From an uncultured Fibrobacterota bacterium (lineage in GTDB: Bacteria > Fibrobacterota > Chitinivibrionia > Chitinivibrionales > FEN-1185), in contig CAVWBU010000040.1 of assembly GCA_963753345.1 (NCBI GenBank), forward strand, positions 29,117 through 93,116: 64,000 bases of DNA, read 5' to 3'. Each line of letters begins with the position of its first letter. Within the stretch, counting starts at the first letter, position 1. Shown here piece by piece: positions 10,240 to 20,216 of this stretch. Under the pieces are notes generated by a model. It was not told the DNA's origin and did no database searches. It saw nothing but the letters and a program-made list of their open reading frames with translations. A program made the translations under genes and the position numbers.

Positions 10240-12174
10240 TCATTCTGACCCATTTCCCTGATTAATGGCGGCGGCGTGCGTCTCCTGGTCAAGCTGGATT
10301 TTGAGCCGGACCACTTCTCCCTCCACTACATGAACCGTACCGGAAAAGGGCCTATATCCCTCCCGCTTGAGTACCACGGCATGGTCTCCTTCCGGAAGCA
10401 TGAGCGGGTTCGCCATGGGCGCGGCTCCTTCGTCGGCTCCGTCGACATAAACGTCGGCCCATGGATAGCAATAGACATGGAGGAACCCCGCACCTTGTTC
10501 CAGTTGCTTGAGCGAGATCGCCACATTTTGAACGGTATTCTCCTCGGTCGCAATGATTGTACTGTACGATTTGTACCCGGTCGCCGCAGCAGCAATAGTG
10601 TGCCTGCCTGACTTTACCCGTTTCCCCGATGCCAGATCTTTGTCAGAAAGCTTTTCGCCGTCCAAATAAACGAGTGCCCGAAGGGGATCAACGGTAAATT
10701 TCAGAATTCCCGGGTGGCTTTCCTGCTGTTTGTAAACGGAACCTCGGGCGCCTGCCCCCGCGTTCGGTATGACGGACGTTTCCCCTGCACCGATATACGC
10801 AGCCTCATTACTTCTCTTTGCGAACTGCTTCGTCGAGGTCAGCTCATTGCCGGATGTACCGCTTTCGGAAAGCGAGTTTTTTGATAGATCCTTCTGCAAC
10901 CCACGTGAGGGATTCCTCGCTGCAGAATCACCTGCGGGAACCGCACGGGTCTGGACCGGGTCGAAACGGTCTTTATGGACAACCATGGATATCGAGGTCA
11001 TGCCCGACAGAACAACCCCGAGTATTCCGAGAACAGTGATCGCGGCCTTGAAGATCGGGGCTTTCACCGTAAACATGTGGAGCCACGCAACCGGGTTTGT
11101 CTTCCACGATGTTACTTCACGCCAGTCATTGGGCATCCGTTTCGTCTCCGAACTCCGGGGCCCGTCCTCTAAGAGAACGCCCCGGAACCGCTCCGCCTCC
11201 CGGAAATGGATTTCGGATTTCCGTGGATTGCCAGAAGCAAGATAGACCTTGCCTTTGCGGAGATGGTAGGCGGCGCAAAGCCCGGCAAGCTCGGCGGCCG
11301 CGCCGCTCTTGTCCTGGACGTATTTGACGATCATCCTGTCGCTGTCTCGGACGCCAAGATCGTACAAATAGTTTCCGAAGGCATTAATCATTCCGTCAAG
11401 AGACGCCGGCCTCTTCTTCGGGTTCTTCTGAAGGCATGCCCGGATGTAATCCGCGCAATCGTCGGGCAGGGCGGGGCACAGCTGCTGGATGTCTTTTTCC
11501 TTCTCATTGACAATAGAGTAAACCATGGTGCGGATAGTATCCGCGGCAAACGGAAGGCGTCCGCCCGCAATTTTGTACGCAACCACCCCTGCCGACCAGA
11601 TGTCCGGGGAACTACCCTGGCTTTCCCCGCCGTTTGCGACTTCGGGCGGCATATACCCCGGCGTGATATACACGCTCGTGGATTCCATGAAGTCGGCCGC
11701 CCTGGAACCTGCGGCGTGTGCAAGCCCGAAATCGACCACTTTCACCTTGCCCGTCTTCGACAGCAGAATGTTCGCCGGTTTCACATCGCAGTGGACGGTG
11801 CCCTGCTGGTGCGCGTACTCGAGCCCCTTAAGGGCCTTCACCAAAATCATGATCCCGATTTCCTTCGGGAACGGATCCCAGTGCATTATCTTTTCCAGAT
11901 CCCATCCGTCAAGGTATTCCATCGAAATGTAAAACGATCCGTTGTCCTCGCCGAAGTCAAAAACCTGGATTATATTTTCATGGTCGAGCGCGGCCGCAGA
12001 TTTGGCCTCGTTTTCGAACCTCTTTACGAGTTTGGCGTCCTTGTGCGTGCTCAAGGACATTTCCTTTATTACGACCTTTCTCCCCAAAGAAACCTGGGTC
12101 GCCAAAAAGACGTTTCCCATACCTCCTTCGGCTATCTTATTGATATCAACAAAATCTTTTAGAGAAAAAGCCAT
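10240..12174 (-). CDS. Hanks-type Ser/Thr protein kinase with TM helix and C-terminal PEGA domains
   Basis: EGGMGNV, VVIK, HCDVKPANIL, DFGLA, YMPPE, DIWSAG; TM segment; PWADVYVDG PEGA-like repeats. Confidence 0.92.
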   Translation of the reverse strand: MAFSLKDFVDINKIAEGGMGNVFLATQVSLGRKVVIKEMSLSTHKDAKLVKRFENEAKSAAALDHENIIQVFDFGEDNGSFYISMEYLDGWDLEKIMHWDPFPKEIGIMILVKALKGLEYAHQQGTVHCDVKPANILLSKTGKVKVVDFGLAHAAGSRAADFMESTSVYITPGYMPPEVANGGESQGSSPDIWSAGVVAYKIAGGRLPFAADTIRTMVYSIVNEKEKDIQQLCPALPDDCADYIRACLQKNPKKRPASLDGMINAFGNYLYDLGVRDSDRMIVKYVQDKSGAAAELAGLCAAYHLRKGKVYLASGNPRKSEIHFREAERFRGVLLEDGPRSSETKRMPNDWREVTSWKTNPVAWLHMFTVKAPIFKAAITVLGILGVVLSGMTSISMVVHKDRFDPVQTRAVPAGDSAARNPSRGLQKDLSKNSLSESGTSGNELTSTKQFAKRSNEAAYIGAGETSVIPNAGAGARGSVYKQQESHPGILKFTVDPLRALVYLDGEKLSDKDLASGKRVKSGRHTIAAAATGYKSYSTIIATEENTVQNVAISLKQLEQGAGFLHVYCYPWADVYVDGADEGAAPMANPLMLPEGDHAVVLKREGYRPFSGTVHVVEGEVVRLKIQLDQETHAAAINQGNGSE

Positions 12175-12236
12175 GGGAAACAACCTTTACCGCACGATGG
12201 CGTGCAGCTCATGCTCATTGCCGCTCTCATCCCGTT

Positions 12237-12590
12237 TCATTGCCCGGAAGACTGGAGCTGGTGAGTCACTCTGTCAATCTTGGAGGCAAGAATGAAATCG
12301 TTGATTGACAATCCGCCCACGGCGTGGGTGTACAACTCTATGGCAACCCTTTTGTAATACAGGTGAATGTCGGGATGGTGCTGTTCTTGGTCCGAGAGGG
12401 AGGCGACCTTCTCGACAAAGTCTGCACCGTCCAAGTATGCGGCGAACTTGATTTCCTTTGCAAGCCGATGCGGCCCCTCCCGCACCAGCCGCCATTCCAC
12501 AAGTTCCCGGAGGTACTTGTCCTCCTCGGGCTCGGCAAGCGGCGGAGCGCCCTTTTCAATGGAAGTGCAGTGTTGATCAATCAGGTTCAC
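12237..12590 (-). CDS. phhB: Pterin-4-alpha-carbinolamine dehydratase
   Basis: EQHHPDI...YTHAVGGLSINDFILASKID. Confidence 0.92.
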   Translation of the reverse strand: MNLIDQHCTSIEKGAPPLAEPEEDKYLRELVEWRLVREGPHRLAKEIKFAAYLDGADFVEKVASLSDQEQHHPDIHLYYKRVAIELYTHAVGGLSINDFILASKIDRVTHQLQSSGQ

Positions 12591-12637
12591 GTCTCACCTC
12601 CATGCAGGAGAGTTTCCGCCCGGGAGGCAGGCTAGTA

Positions 12638-13129
12638 TCAATACTCCTCGTAATGGTTCCATTCCGCGTTCTCGAGCCATTCGTTCGGATGCCGCTGAAA
12701 TTCCATCAGTTGATTGATGATCGTCGCATGCGTACGCTCCTGCTGCATGATGAGCGCAAGAACCATCTTCTGCTCTTCATCGCCCGCGGCTTTCTGCATG
12801 TCGCCGTAAAACGAGATGCTTTTTTCTTCAAGAGTCAAGGCTTTCTTGTATGCGTCCTCATGATCTATGGCCGGTACTCCGGCCCTGTCGAATCCTTCCG
12901 AAAGACTCCAGAACACTTTGCCGGCTTTCCCGGCAAGATGGGTGTTCTCCAGCGGTGGCGCAACTATATTTTTTTTCCAGGCATCGAATATGTCACGATG
13001 ACGTTTCTCTTCCATCAGAAAGAAATGGAAAATGCCGAATATTTCCCTGTTCGGCGTCTGTTCCGCCAGTTTCGCATAGAACTTCATCCCTTCGGTTTCA
13101 ATTTCTATAGCAAGATCCAACATATTCAT
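12638..13129 (-). CDS. Rubrerythrin/ferritin-family diiron protein
   Basis: AIEIE..G.KFY, EEKRH, ALTLE..SISFY, QERTH; ATG overlaps the GGDEF stop. Confidence 0.88.
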   Translation of the reverse strand: MNMLDLAIEIETEGMKFYAKLAEQTPNREIFGIFHFFLMEEKRHRDIFDAWKKNIVAPPLENTHLAGKAGKVFWSLSEGFDRAGVPAIDHEDAYKKALTLEEKSISFYGDMQKAAGDEEQKMVLALIMQQERTHATIINQLMEFQRHPNEWLENAEWNHYEEY

Positions 13130-14109
13130 AGAGCTGTCTCCTTTCCCTGCCTTGTCATCACCTCCGGTTCTCCATCTATGACAATGCAATTCTTACCTTT
13201 ACTTTTCGCTTCATACAACGCTGCATCCGCCCTGAGAGCAAGTTCCCGGGAGGTCAGGACGTTTTCTCCGCTCGAGGCCACGCCGATGCTCACGGTAAGC
13301 ATTTTTCCGTCAAACTGGGACTGCGCGATCCTCTCCTTCAATCTTTCCGCGAGGATACCGGCCTCGCGTGCATCGGTTAGGGGCATGATCACCGCAAACT
13401 CGTCGCCGCCGTACCGGCAGCAGATGTCCGGCTCGCGGGCTTCCTCCTTGATGATGGTGCCCAGAGCCATCAGCACACTGTCCCCCACCTGATGGCCGAA
13501 CCGGTCATTGATTTCCTTGAAATTGTCAATGTCCATCATCAGAAACGAGACCGGTGTTTTATATCGCGTATAGCGTTTCAATTCCACGTCGGTCCTTTGA
13601 AAACAACTGGAATGATTGAAAAGTCCGGTAAGGCCGTCGTGCGCGGAGAGACGGATAAGGTCTGCAATGAACCTTTCGTCACTCACCGTCGGGGAGGGAA
13701 GTTCGGAGGTGAGGTTCGACAGGTAGTCGAGAGAGGCGACCGCAATGCGAATGTTCCTCTTCATGATGCTTGACATTTCGTATTTATGCCTAAGAATCCT
13801 GTTCCAGAGGTCTTCTGCGACGGAAGGAGAGAAGAAACGGTGTGTCACGGCATACAGCAGATCCGAGTAGAATTTGCCGCCCCGGTCTTTTTGCATTGTG
13901 TCAACCAATTCCTTTTCGTGCTCGGTGAGGGGCCGGTCCCCGGCGAATGCCGAAACAAGATCGAGCGACAGCGGGGTGTAAAAAAACGGTTCCTCGCCCC
14001 CTCCATCATTGTTCTTTTCGCGAATATCTTCTTTGTCCACAGTTGCGTTTTCGTCTTGCATGCATCCCGACATCGCCGATCGATCTGTGCTATTCTGAGC
14101 TACGGTCAA
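13126..14109 (-). CDS. Diguanylate cyclase (GGDEF)
   Basis: DGLTGLFN, DIDNFKEINDRFGHQVGD, REPD I-site, RYGGDEF, ADAALYEAK. Confidence 0.93.
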   Translation of the reverse strand: MTVAQNSTDRSAMSGCMQDENATVDKEDIREKNNDGGGEEPFFYTPLSLDLVSAFAGDRPLTEHEKELVDTMQKDRGGKFYSDLLYAVTHRFFSPSVAEDLWNRILRHKYEMSSIMKRNIRIAVASLDYLSNLTSELPSPTVSDERFIADLIRLSAHDGLTGLFNHSSCFQRTDVELKRYTRYKTPVSFLMMDIDNFKEINDRFGHQVGDSVLMALGTIIKEEAREPDICCRYGGDEFAVIMPLTDAREAGILAERLKERIAQSQFDGKMLTVSIGVASSGENVLTSRELALRADAALYEAKSKGKNCIVIDGEPEVMTRQGKETAL

Positions 14110-14120
14110 AATGCCCCCGC

Positions 14121-14570
14121 TTATGGTTGAGGTTTGTCAACTGCCACTGCCGGTGCCTTGGCATGTTGTTCGTTCTTGGTGTCCGGACTCGACAAGCAGT
14201 ATATCTTTAAGGAACCGGCTTCATCGGGCGCCAAAAAGGACCCAAATTCCAGCCTCAGCCTGTCGATGGTCCTGTTTGTGTCGGTAGTGGTTGCCCTTGG
14301 GCACAGGATGCCGAGCAGTTTGTTGTGGAGATACCACCCCTGCCAATCAATTCCCCGGGCCGAGGACTCAAGGGCCAGTTCAAAGTTCTGCAGAAGAGCA
14401 TCTTTCTCGTCAGGCCTTTTGTTGAGAATCCACCCGATGTCAATAAGGAGCAGCTTGAAATGCGCACCAAATCTTTCGGTCCTTTTTCGTTCCTGGATCA
14501 GCATTTTCTGAAAACAGTCTTCCGTCATGAATGCGGTGGCTTCGATCATGGCTGGATCGGCTTTGCTCAT
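14121..14570 (-). CDS. Stand-alone degenerate GGDEF-like domain protein
   Basis: FQKMLIQERKRTER..FKLLLID..R.ID..GWY resembles the GGDEF-like N-domain of some sugar transferases; no GGDEF motif. Confidence 0.55.
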   Translation of the reverse strand: MSKADPAMIEATAFMTEDCFQKMLIQERKRTERFGAHFKLLLIDIGWILNKRPDEKDALLQNFELALESSARGIDWQGWYLHNKLLGILCPRATTTDTNRTIDRLRLEFGSFLAPDEAGSLKIYCLSSPDTKNEQHAKAPAVAVDKPQP

Positions 14571-14623
14571 GATAATTTTCCCTTTTCTCGGGTTGGACCA
14601 ATCCTCAACTGTTTATGAGGTAA

Positions 14624-14638
14624 GCAAGGAACATGCCT
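14624..14638 (-). promoter_or_regulatory. Sigma-54 -24/-12 promoter
   Basis: AGGCAT-GTTCC-TTGC on the minus strand, about 54 nt upstream of the 14570 start; TTTGCA-CAAA-TGGGAA at 14755-14770. Confidence 0.65.
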
Positions 14639-14884
14639 TAGGCATAAATGAAGCGGTCGGGGTTCTTCGCCCCTCCATGTTCCTGAACTATGACGTCTTA
14701 CGCAGCTGCCCGGGACTCTCGAGCGTGCAATTTCTTCCATTATCGATAATGTCGTTTGCACAAATGGGAACCCTCTTAGGATTGTCCGTCGAAAGGAAAC
14801 CATTTCCGCGTCGCTTGCCGGAGCAGGACTGCGGGCAGTCCTCCGCCAATATCCAATTTGATTTCGGGCAGCGCCGGGAAAGCG

Positions 14885-15538
14885 TTACCTGCTCGGCGCC
14901 CTAACGGTCACAACCCGCTCCACGCCGCCGATGGTTAGCTTTACAAAATAAAGACCGGCGGCACGCTGGTGCGCGTTGAGCGGCACTTCGTGGATTCCAG
15001 CCTCAAATTGCCGGTCAGCCACTGTTGCAACCGGCCTGCCGAGCATGTCGAAGACCTCGATCTTCGCACGTCCGGCAAAAGGGAGGAGAAAGACAAGCTC
15101 CGGCCCTGCAATATTTCCAGATTCCACTATCGCGATCAAATCCGTTTTGCCCGCCGCTCCAAACGATCTTCCTTCCCTAACGCCGGACCCGGTTGCCTCA
15201 AAGGAACCAATCATGCCGATGCTGTAGTGGATGTCGCACTGATAGTGATACGTCCCGCTGACCTTTATGACATAGAGGAATGTCGTTCCCGACGTGTTGT
15301 TCCAGCTCTGGGCCCCTGCCGGAATTGTCGTTGAGCTGAGCGGGTGCATGCTGAAATCTCCTTCCCATTCCACGGTGTCTCCGACCACTGCGGAAAAATC
15401 GCTGGGAGAATAGACAAACCCGAGGCTTCCTCCAAACTGGACAACATGGGTAACGGCCCAGCCGCTCTTTGCCATAGGAAGAAGGATCATCACCAGAACC
15501 GCGGCACATGTCCGGATAAGTGTGGTGTGCTGTTTCAT
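14885..15538 (-). CDS. Secreted plastocyanin/azurin-type cupredoxin with T9SS-like C-terminal sorting domain
   Basis: Signal peptide; VGDTVEW, His (MHP), GTYHYQCDIH...GM type-1 copper ligands; IEVFDMLGRPV...AGLYFVKL tail. Confidence 0.85.
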   Translation of the reverse strand: MKQHTTLIRTCAAVLVMILLPMAKSGWAVTHVVQFGGSLGFVYSPSDFSAVVGDTVEWEGDFSMHPLSSTTIPAGAQSWNNTSGTTFLYVIKVSGTYHYQCDIHYSIGMIGSFEATGSGVREGRSFGAAGKTDLIAIVESGNIAGPELVFLLPFAGRAKIEVFDMLGRPVATVADRQFEAGIHEVPLNAHQRAAGLYFVKLTIGGVERVVTVRAPSR

Positions 15539-15562
15539 CGAGTACCTCCTTTTGCGTGACGT

Positions 15563-16363
15563 TTAGAACCAGGGATAGGGAAACTTGAAAAGCCGCTTGA
15601 GTTGAAAACCGAGTTTCAGGTTGTTATCCGGCGCTCCCCGCATCAGGTGGCGGGAGCCGATTTCCACCGCATTGCCCAGGAAAATGAAGAACTGGTGCCC
15701 CGCCGTGGTCATCTTGACGCCAAGGGAATACGGGTTTACCACCGTGCGCTCCGGCAGGAGCGGATCGACCTTCTTGTCAACAACCGGAAAATATTCGCCA
15801 TAGACGTCGAGGGCGCCTATGACCTTGATGTCCAGCCCGAGCCCCAGGCCGAATGCCTTCTTGTCGAAATCGTATCCCACGTCTGCAAGGCCCGCAACGC
15901 GGCCGAAGAGCGGATCGTTCTGGAGCGCGCATTGTACAAAGAAACCGTTCCGTCGCTCTGCGGGAAAGGTCTCATACGATGAGTACGAGAAGAACTGCCC
16001 GTCGGCCTGAATGTGCACAAGAACCCACGGTACGGTCACCGCATACGAGGTCCCTACCGTGAATTCGTTGGTCGACAGGTTGAATGTCTGCGTGTTGTCA
16101 TAGGAGACAGATACCTGGGCCGTAGACCAGACGATCGCGCGAAGGGCGATGTTTGCATCCGCCCCATCACCCATGCCGAAAAAACGGTCGAATTTATCCT
16201 TTCCGTCAATCCGGCCGAGAAACTGATGTTGGAACTGCACTTCGAGCCCGAAAGGCTTGATTAACGTTGGCGCCGTAACATTGGGTACACTCCATTCCTC
16301 GTAGCCAAACGCACAGGTGACGACGGTTATGCAGACGTTGAATGACAGCAAAGAGCGGTTCAT
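15563..16363 (-). CDS. Outer-membrane beta-barrel protein (DUF5777-like)
   Basis: Signal peptide; HQFLG, FFGMGDGA, TTAGHQFFIFLGN, LGFQLKRLF pattern. Confidence 0.7.
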   Translation of the reverse strand: MNRSLLSFNVCITVVTCAFGYEEWSVPNVTAPTLIKPFGLEVQFQHQFLGRIDGKDKFDRFFGMGDGADANIALRAIVWSTAQVSVSYDNTQTFNLSTNEFTVGTSYAVTVPWVLVHIQADGQFFSYSSYETFPAERRNGFFVQCALQNDPLFGRVAGLADVGYDFDKKAFGLGLGLDIKVIGALDVYGEYFPVVDKKVDPLLPERTVVNPYSLGVKMTTAGHQFFIFLGNAVEIGSRHLMRGAPDNNLKLGFQLKRLFKFPYPWF

Positions 16364-16442
16364 GACCTTTTTCTTTCTTTGACCCGGCAGGGCTCCTTTA
16401 TCAACACGCCGCATAGTATTCCACACTGCGCTGCGATAAAAC

Positions 16443-16457
16443 GCAAAAGAAATGCCA
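16443..16457 (-). promoter_or_regulatory. Sigma-54 -24/-12 promoter
   Basis: TGGCAT-TTCTT-TTGC on the minus strand. Confidence 0.75.
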
Positions 16458-16742
16458 TGAACAGGTTCCGAGGGGCGTGTCAGGCACGTGCGCGAACACC
16501 CGTAAAACAGCCTGCCGTCTTTGGGCAAACGAGCGCAAATGAGGCGATCCTTGTAGCTTTCACATCAAATGCTCTTATGCAGGTTGAAAGGAAGTGCCGA
16601 AGATTCTCAAAACCGACAATTTCTTCCGAAAATGGGAATCTTGCTCTTTTCAAATCAGTTTGGGAAAACGGCCGTGACACTCCGCGTGCGGTGAGCGGAT
16701 TCGCCCTGATTGTCGTTTTCGGCTTGGCTCGCATAAAAGTCA

Positions 16743-16775
16743 ATGGCGGGGCCGCCCTGAGGGCGGTCCCGCCAT
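16743..16775 (-). terminator. GC-rich hairpin, probable terminator after the SOR gene
   Basis: ATGGCGGGGCCGCCC-TGA-GGGCGGTCCCGCCAT; only a weak U tract. Confidence 0.55.
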
Positions 16776-16809
16776 CCATTATGGGGCACGGTGTGAGACC
16801 GCCCAGGCC

Positions 16810-17373
16810 TCAGGCCAATGCCATCTCGGCCTGCCAGTAGCCGTGAACGGTGCAGAATTCAACCATCCGCACTTTTGATCCCGCCGCATTGGTGTAGTAG
16901 CTCACTGCAGGATACTGCTTCAGATTGGCAAAAAGACGCGTGATGAACTTGTCGTCGATGTAGAAATCGATGAACCTGATATGGTGCGCCTCTTCCATGG
17001 GGTGCATGTGTTTCCCCACCCGGACGCTCACCTCTTTGCAGGGAACTTCCGGAACAAGGGCGGATTCTTTATTGATTGAAATGACCGGGTCGTGGCTCGG
17101 GCCGGCGTCGGGAAATTTCTTCATGGCGTCGGCGAACAATGTATTCTTCTCGGTAAATTTTTCCTTTGGGGCGTGGCAGACCGGACAGTTCTCCGGTGCT
17201 GCGCCGAATTCCACGTGCCCGCACACACCGCATACATAAATGTCCGGCATGGCCATTTTGGGCTCGCTCTTGGCCGAAACCTTGAACACCGGACCCGCAG
17301 CCATGACCGTTGCGGCCATGGCTGCAGCGCCCAGAAACTCCCTGCGGCTCACACCATTCTTTTCCTGGTCCAT
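16810..17373 (-). CDS. Tat-signal rubredoxin-like domain plus superoxide reductase (desulfoferrodoxin/neelaredoxin family)
   Basis: SRREFL Tat motif; CGVC...CPVC; SOR ligands HDP, HPMEEAHHI, CTVHG; AAAGGAGG RBS. Confidence 0.88.
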   Translation of the reverse strand: MDQEKNGVSRREFLGAAAMAATVMAAGPVFKVSAKSEPKMAMPDIYVCGVCGHVEFGAAPENCPVCHAPKEKFTEKNTLFADAMKKFPDAGPSHDPVISINKESALVPEVPCKEVSVRVGKHMHPMEEAHHIRFIDFYIDDKFITRLFANLKQYPAVSYYTNAAGSKVRMVEFCTVHGYWQAEMALA

Positions 17374-17464
17374 GATCCCTCCTTTGGGATTGTTAAAGAA
17401 AACCTGTGGATGACGCCTACTCATGGCAAACGGGGAAGACAAATCTTAGTGTTTAATTATTACG

Positions 17465-17479
17465 GCAATTTATGTGCCA
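17465..17479 (-). promoter_or_regulatory. Sigma-54 -24/-12 promoter
   Basis: TGGCAC-ATAAA-TTGC on the minus strand, consensus match. Confidence 0.8.
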
Positions 17480-17575
17480 TGAGCGGTCGCTCTTCTCAAC
17501 GACATGCCCGGCTATGCGATGGTTTTCTCAAAAAGAAGGTAATCGTGGCTGTCTACTGAGGAGGGACAACCCACG

Positions 17576-19759
17576 CTACCCCAGAGCAAAGTAGAAGACT
17601 GCACCCTTGTCTTTTTCGCCCTCGGCCCAGACGGTTCCACCGTGCTTGTCCACGATCCTCTTTACAATGGCCAGCCCGATTCCGGTGCCCTTGAATTCCT
17701 TGTCGGAGTGGAGACGAACAAAGGGTTCGAATATCTTTTGTGCATGGGCCATATCGAACCCCGCGCCGTTGTCGCGCACGAAAAGAACGGAGCGGCCGTT
17801 TCTCTGCTGCGCGCCGAATTCAATGACGGCGTCCTCCTTGCGGGACGTGAACTTCCAGGCGTTGCGCATCAAGTTCTCCATAAGCAAGCGTGCAAGGCCG
17901 TTGTCCGCCTTGAGGGTGGGGCCGGGCAAACCTTCGAACCTGACCTTGCGGTCCGGGTTTTCTCTCCCCAGCTCATTGAAAACCGACAGAGCCAACGCGC
18001 CTATGTCAACCGGTTCGCGGCGCACCTCCTGCCGCCCCACGCGCGACAGCACGAGGAGGTTGGCAATGATGTCGGACATTCTCTGGATCGAATTTTCCAC
18101 ATGGCCCAACGCCGTTCCAAAATCCCTGTCGAGCTTCGGCGAATAGTCGCGGAAAACATCGATGCAGCCCATCATCGAATGCAGGGGATTGCGCAAATCG
18201 TGCGACACGGAATAGGCGAACGCCTCAAGATCATGGTTTGCGTTTGTCAATTCGACGGCCTTGAGTTGGAGCTGCTCCTCTATGGCTTGCCGCTCGGTGA
18301 TGTCGATCCCCGTAGCAAGGACGAGAGAAACGCTGCCGTCTTCGTCACGCAGCGCGGAGTTGGCCCATTTGATGAACCGCCGCTCGCCGTCCCTGGCCAC
18401 CCAGTAGTTTTCGAATTCCGCGTCCGCGGTCACCGACCCGTCCACGATCCCCTTAAACACCTCCTTCACCTGTTCTCTTTCTTCATTGACAAGGAGGAAG
18501 TCCCAGAACTGCCTGCTCCGCACCTCATCGAAGGAGTAGCCGGTGGTCTTTTCGCACGCATGGTTGAATATCTGTATCCTGCCTTCCGGGTCAAACCCCG
18601 CGATGAGGCCGCCGGTGGTCTGGATAACCGCATTGCTGAAATTGCGTTCCTTCCGGAGCGTTTCCGTAGAGTTGTCGAGAGCGGCGCGCATGCGAAGGGT
18701 GGTGATGGCGTGTAAGAGGTCGTTTGCCAGCTCGGAGAGGAGTTCCGTTTCGGGGTCTGAAAAGGCGTCCGGCTCTTTCGCATAAATGGTGATGGCGCCC
18801 AGAGGCCTTTGCTGCGCCGGGGAAACAAGCGGAAAAGCAATGGAAGAGGCATAGCCGCGCCGGGTCGCCTGTTCGCGCCAAGGCGCAAATGCCGGGTCGG
18901 TGAGCATGTTCCTGCACCTGCATACTTTACCAGTGCGAATTGCCGTGCCGGTGGGCCCGCGGCCTCGCTCGGTATCGGCCCACGTGATGTTGAGGGATTG
19001 GAGGTATCCTTCCTCGAACCCTGAAAAAACCGCGGGCGTCACCGTTTGTCCCTCGTTATTATCGGCAAACCCGATCCATACCATGGAGTAGCCGCAGTCC
19101 TCAACGACGATCCGGCACACTTCTTTGAGGTACTCGTTTTCACTCCCGGCATGCAACATGGCCTGGCTGCTTCTCCCGAGCGCCTTGAGCGTGCGGTTGA
19201 GTTTAGAGAGTTCCTCGCTTGCCTTCTGCACCTCGTTGCGGGCCAGAATGGCGTCTTCCATGAGATTGATCGCGGCCCTGCGCGAATCGGAAAGTGCCTT
19301 GTTTGCTTCCTGTATTTCGCCGATGCGCAGCTCCAGTTCGGTATTGAGTTTGTGCAAAGCGGTAATGGTCTGCTTGCGCTCCAGGGCGTAGCGGATGACG
19401 CGCGCCACGGTTTTGCCGCTTGTAGTGCCTTTGACAAGATAGTCCTGCACGCCGCGGCGAATTGCTTCCGCGCCGGCCGTTTCGTCCGCGGCCCCGGTCA
19501 AAACGACTACGGGAAGCGAAGGCGCCGCTTCCAGGATCTTCTGATAGGTTGAAACGCCAGAACTGTCGGGCAACGTCAGGTCGATCAAACCCACATCGAA
19601 CGGTTGTTCACCCAATTTTGCAATGGCATCGGCGAGGCGCTCAACCCACGTGACGGAAAAAAGAACCCCCTGGACTTCCTTAAGACTTTGTTGCAGGAGC
19701 CGGGCGTCGGAGGGACTGTCCTCCACGAGAAGAATTCGTATTTCCAGCGCATCCGCCAT
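17576..19759 (-). CDS. Hybrid histidine kinase REC-GAF-PAS-HisKA-HATPase
   Basis: ILLVED receiver; GRGPTGTAIRTG GAF; PAS; FAYSVSHDLRNPL; NAWKF; DNGAG; GTGIGL. Confidence 0.93.
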   Translation of the reverse strand: MADALEIRILLVEDSPSDARLLQQSLKEVQGVLFSVTWVERLADAIAKLGEQPFDVGLIDLTLPDSSGVSTYQKILEAAPSLPVVVLTGAADETAGAEAIRRGVQDYLVKGTTSGKTVARVIRYALERKQTITALHKLNTELELRIGEIQEANKALSDSRRAAINLMEDAILARNEVQKASEELSKLNRTLKALGRSSQAMLHAGSENEYLKEVCRIVVEDCGYSMVWIGFADNNEGQTVTPAVFSGFEEGYLQSLNITWADTERGRGPTGTAIRTGKVCRCRNMLTDPAFAPWREQATRRGYASSIAFPLVSPAQQRPLGAITIYAKEPDAFSDPETELLSELANDLLHAITTLRMRAALDNSTETLRKERNFSNAVIQTTGGLIAGFDPEGRIQIFNHACEKTTGYSFDEVRSRQFWDFLLVNEEREQVKEVFKGIVDGSVTADAEFENYWVARDGERRFIKWANSALRDEDGSVSLVLATGIDITERQAIEEQLQLKAVELTNANHDLEAFAYSVSHDLRNPLHSMMGCIDVFRDYSPKLDRDFGTALGHVENSIQRMSDIIANLLVLSRVGRQEVRREPVDIGALALSVFNELGRENPDRKVRFEGLPGPTLKADNGLARLLMENLMRNAWKFTSRKEDAVIEFGAQQRNGRSVLFVRDNGAGFDMAHAQKIFEPFVRLHSDKEFKGTGIGLAIVKRIVDKHGGTVWAEGEKDKGAVFYFALG

Positions 19760-19769
19760 TGGAATTTCC

Positions 19770-20216
19770 CTATTCCTTTGTGGGAAGGACAACCACCGAC
19801 AGCCAGAAATGCTCTATGGACCGGACGCATTCGAGGAAGCGGTCAAAGTTCACCGGCTTGGTGACATAACAATTGCAATGGAGCTTATAGGAACGCATGA
19901 TGTCCTTTTCCGCATTTGACGTGGTGAGCACGATGACCGGGATGGTGGTGAAGTCGTCGTCGTTTTTAAGCTCTTCCAACACCTCCCGCCCGTCTTTTCT
20001 GGGAAGGTTGAGGTCGAGCAGGATAAGATCCGGTCTCGGTGATTTTTCGTATTTCCCCTGGCGCCTGAGAAATTCCATTGCCTGCACGCCGTCTTCAACG
20101 TGGTGCAGCTCGTTGGCCACCTTGGCAAGCTTGAGCGCCGATATGGTGAGCTTCGCGTCGCTCGGACTGTCTTCGACCAGCAAGATCTGGATGGGCCGGG
20201 TCTGGATTGGACTCAT
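19770..20216 (-). CDS. Single-domain response regulator (Rcp1-like)
   Basis: ILLVED, RPDLILLDLNLPRKDG, LTTS, YVTKP, FW tail. Confidence 0.93.
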   Translation of the reverse strand: MSPIQTRPIQILLVEDSPSDAKLTISALKLAKVANELHHVEDGVQAMEFLRRQGKYEKSPRPDLILLDLNLPRKDGREVLEELKNDDDFTTIPVIVLTTSNAEKDIMRSYKLHCNCYVTKPVNFDRFLECVRSIEHFWLSVVVLPTKE

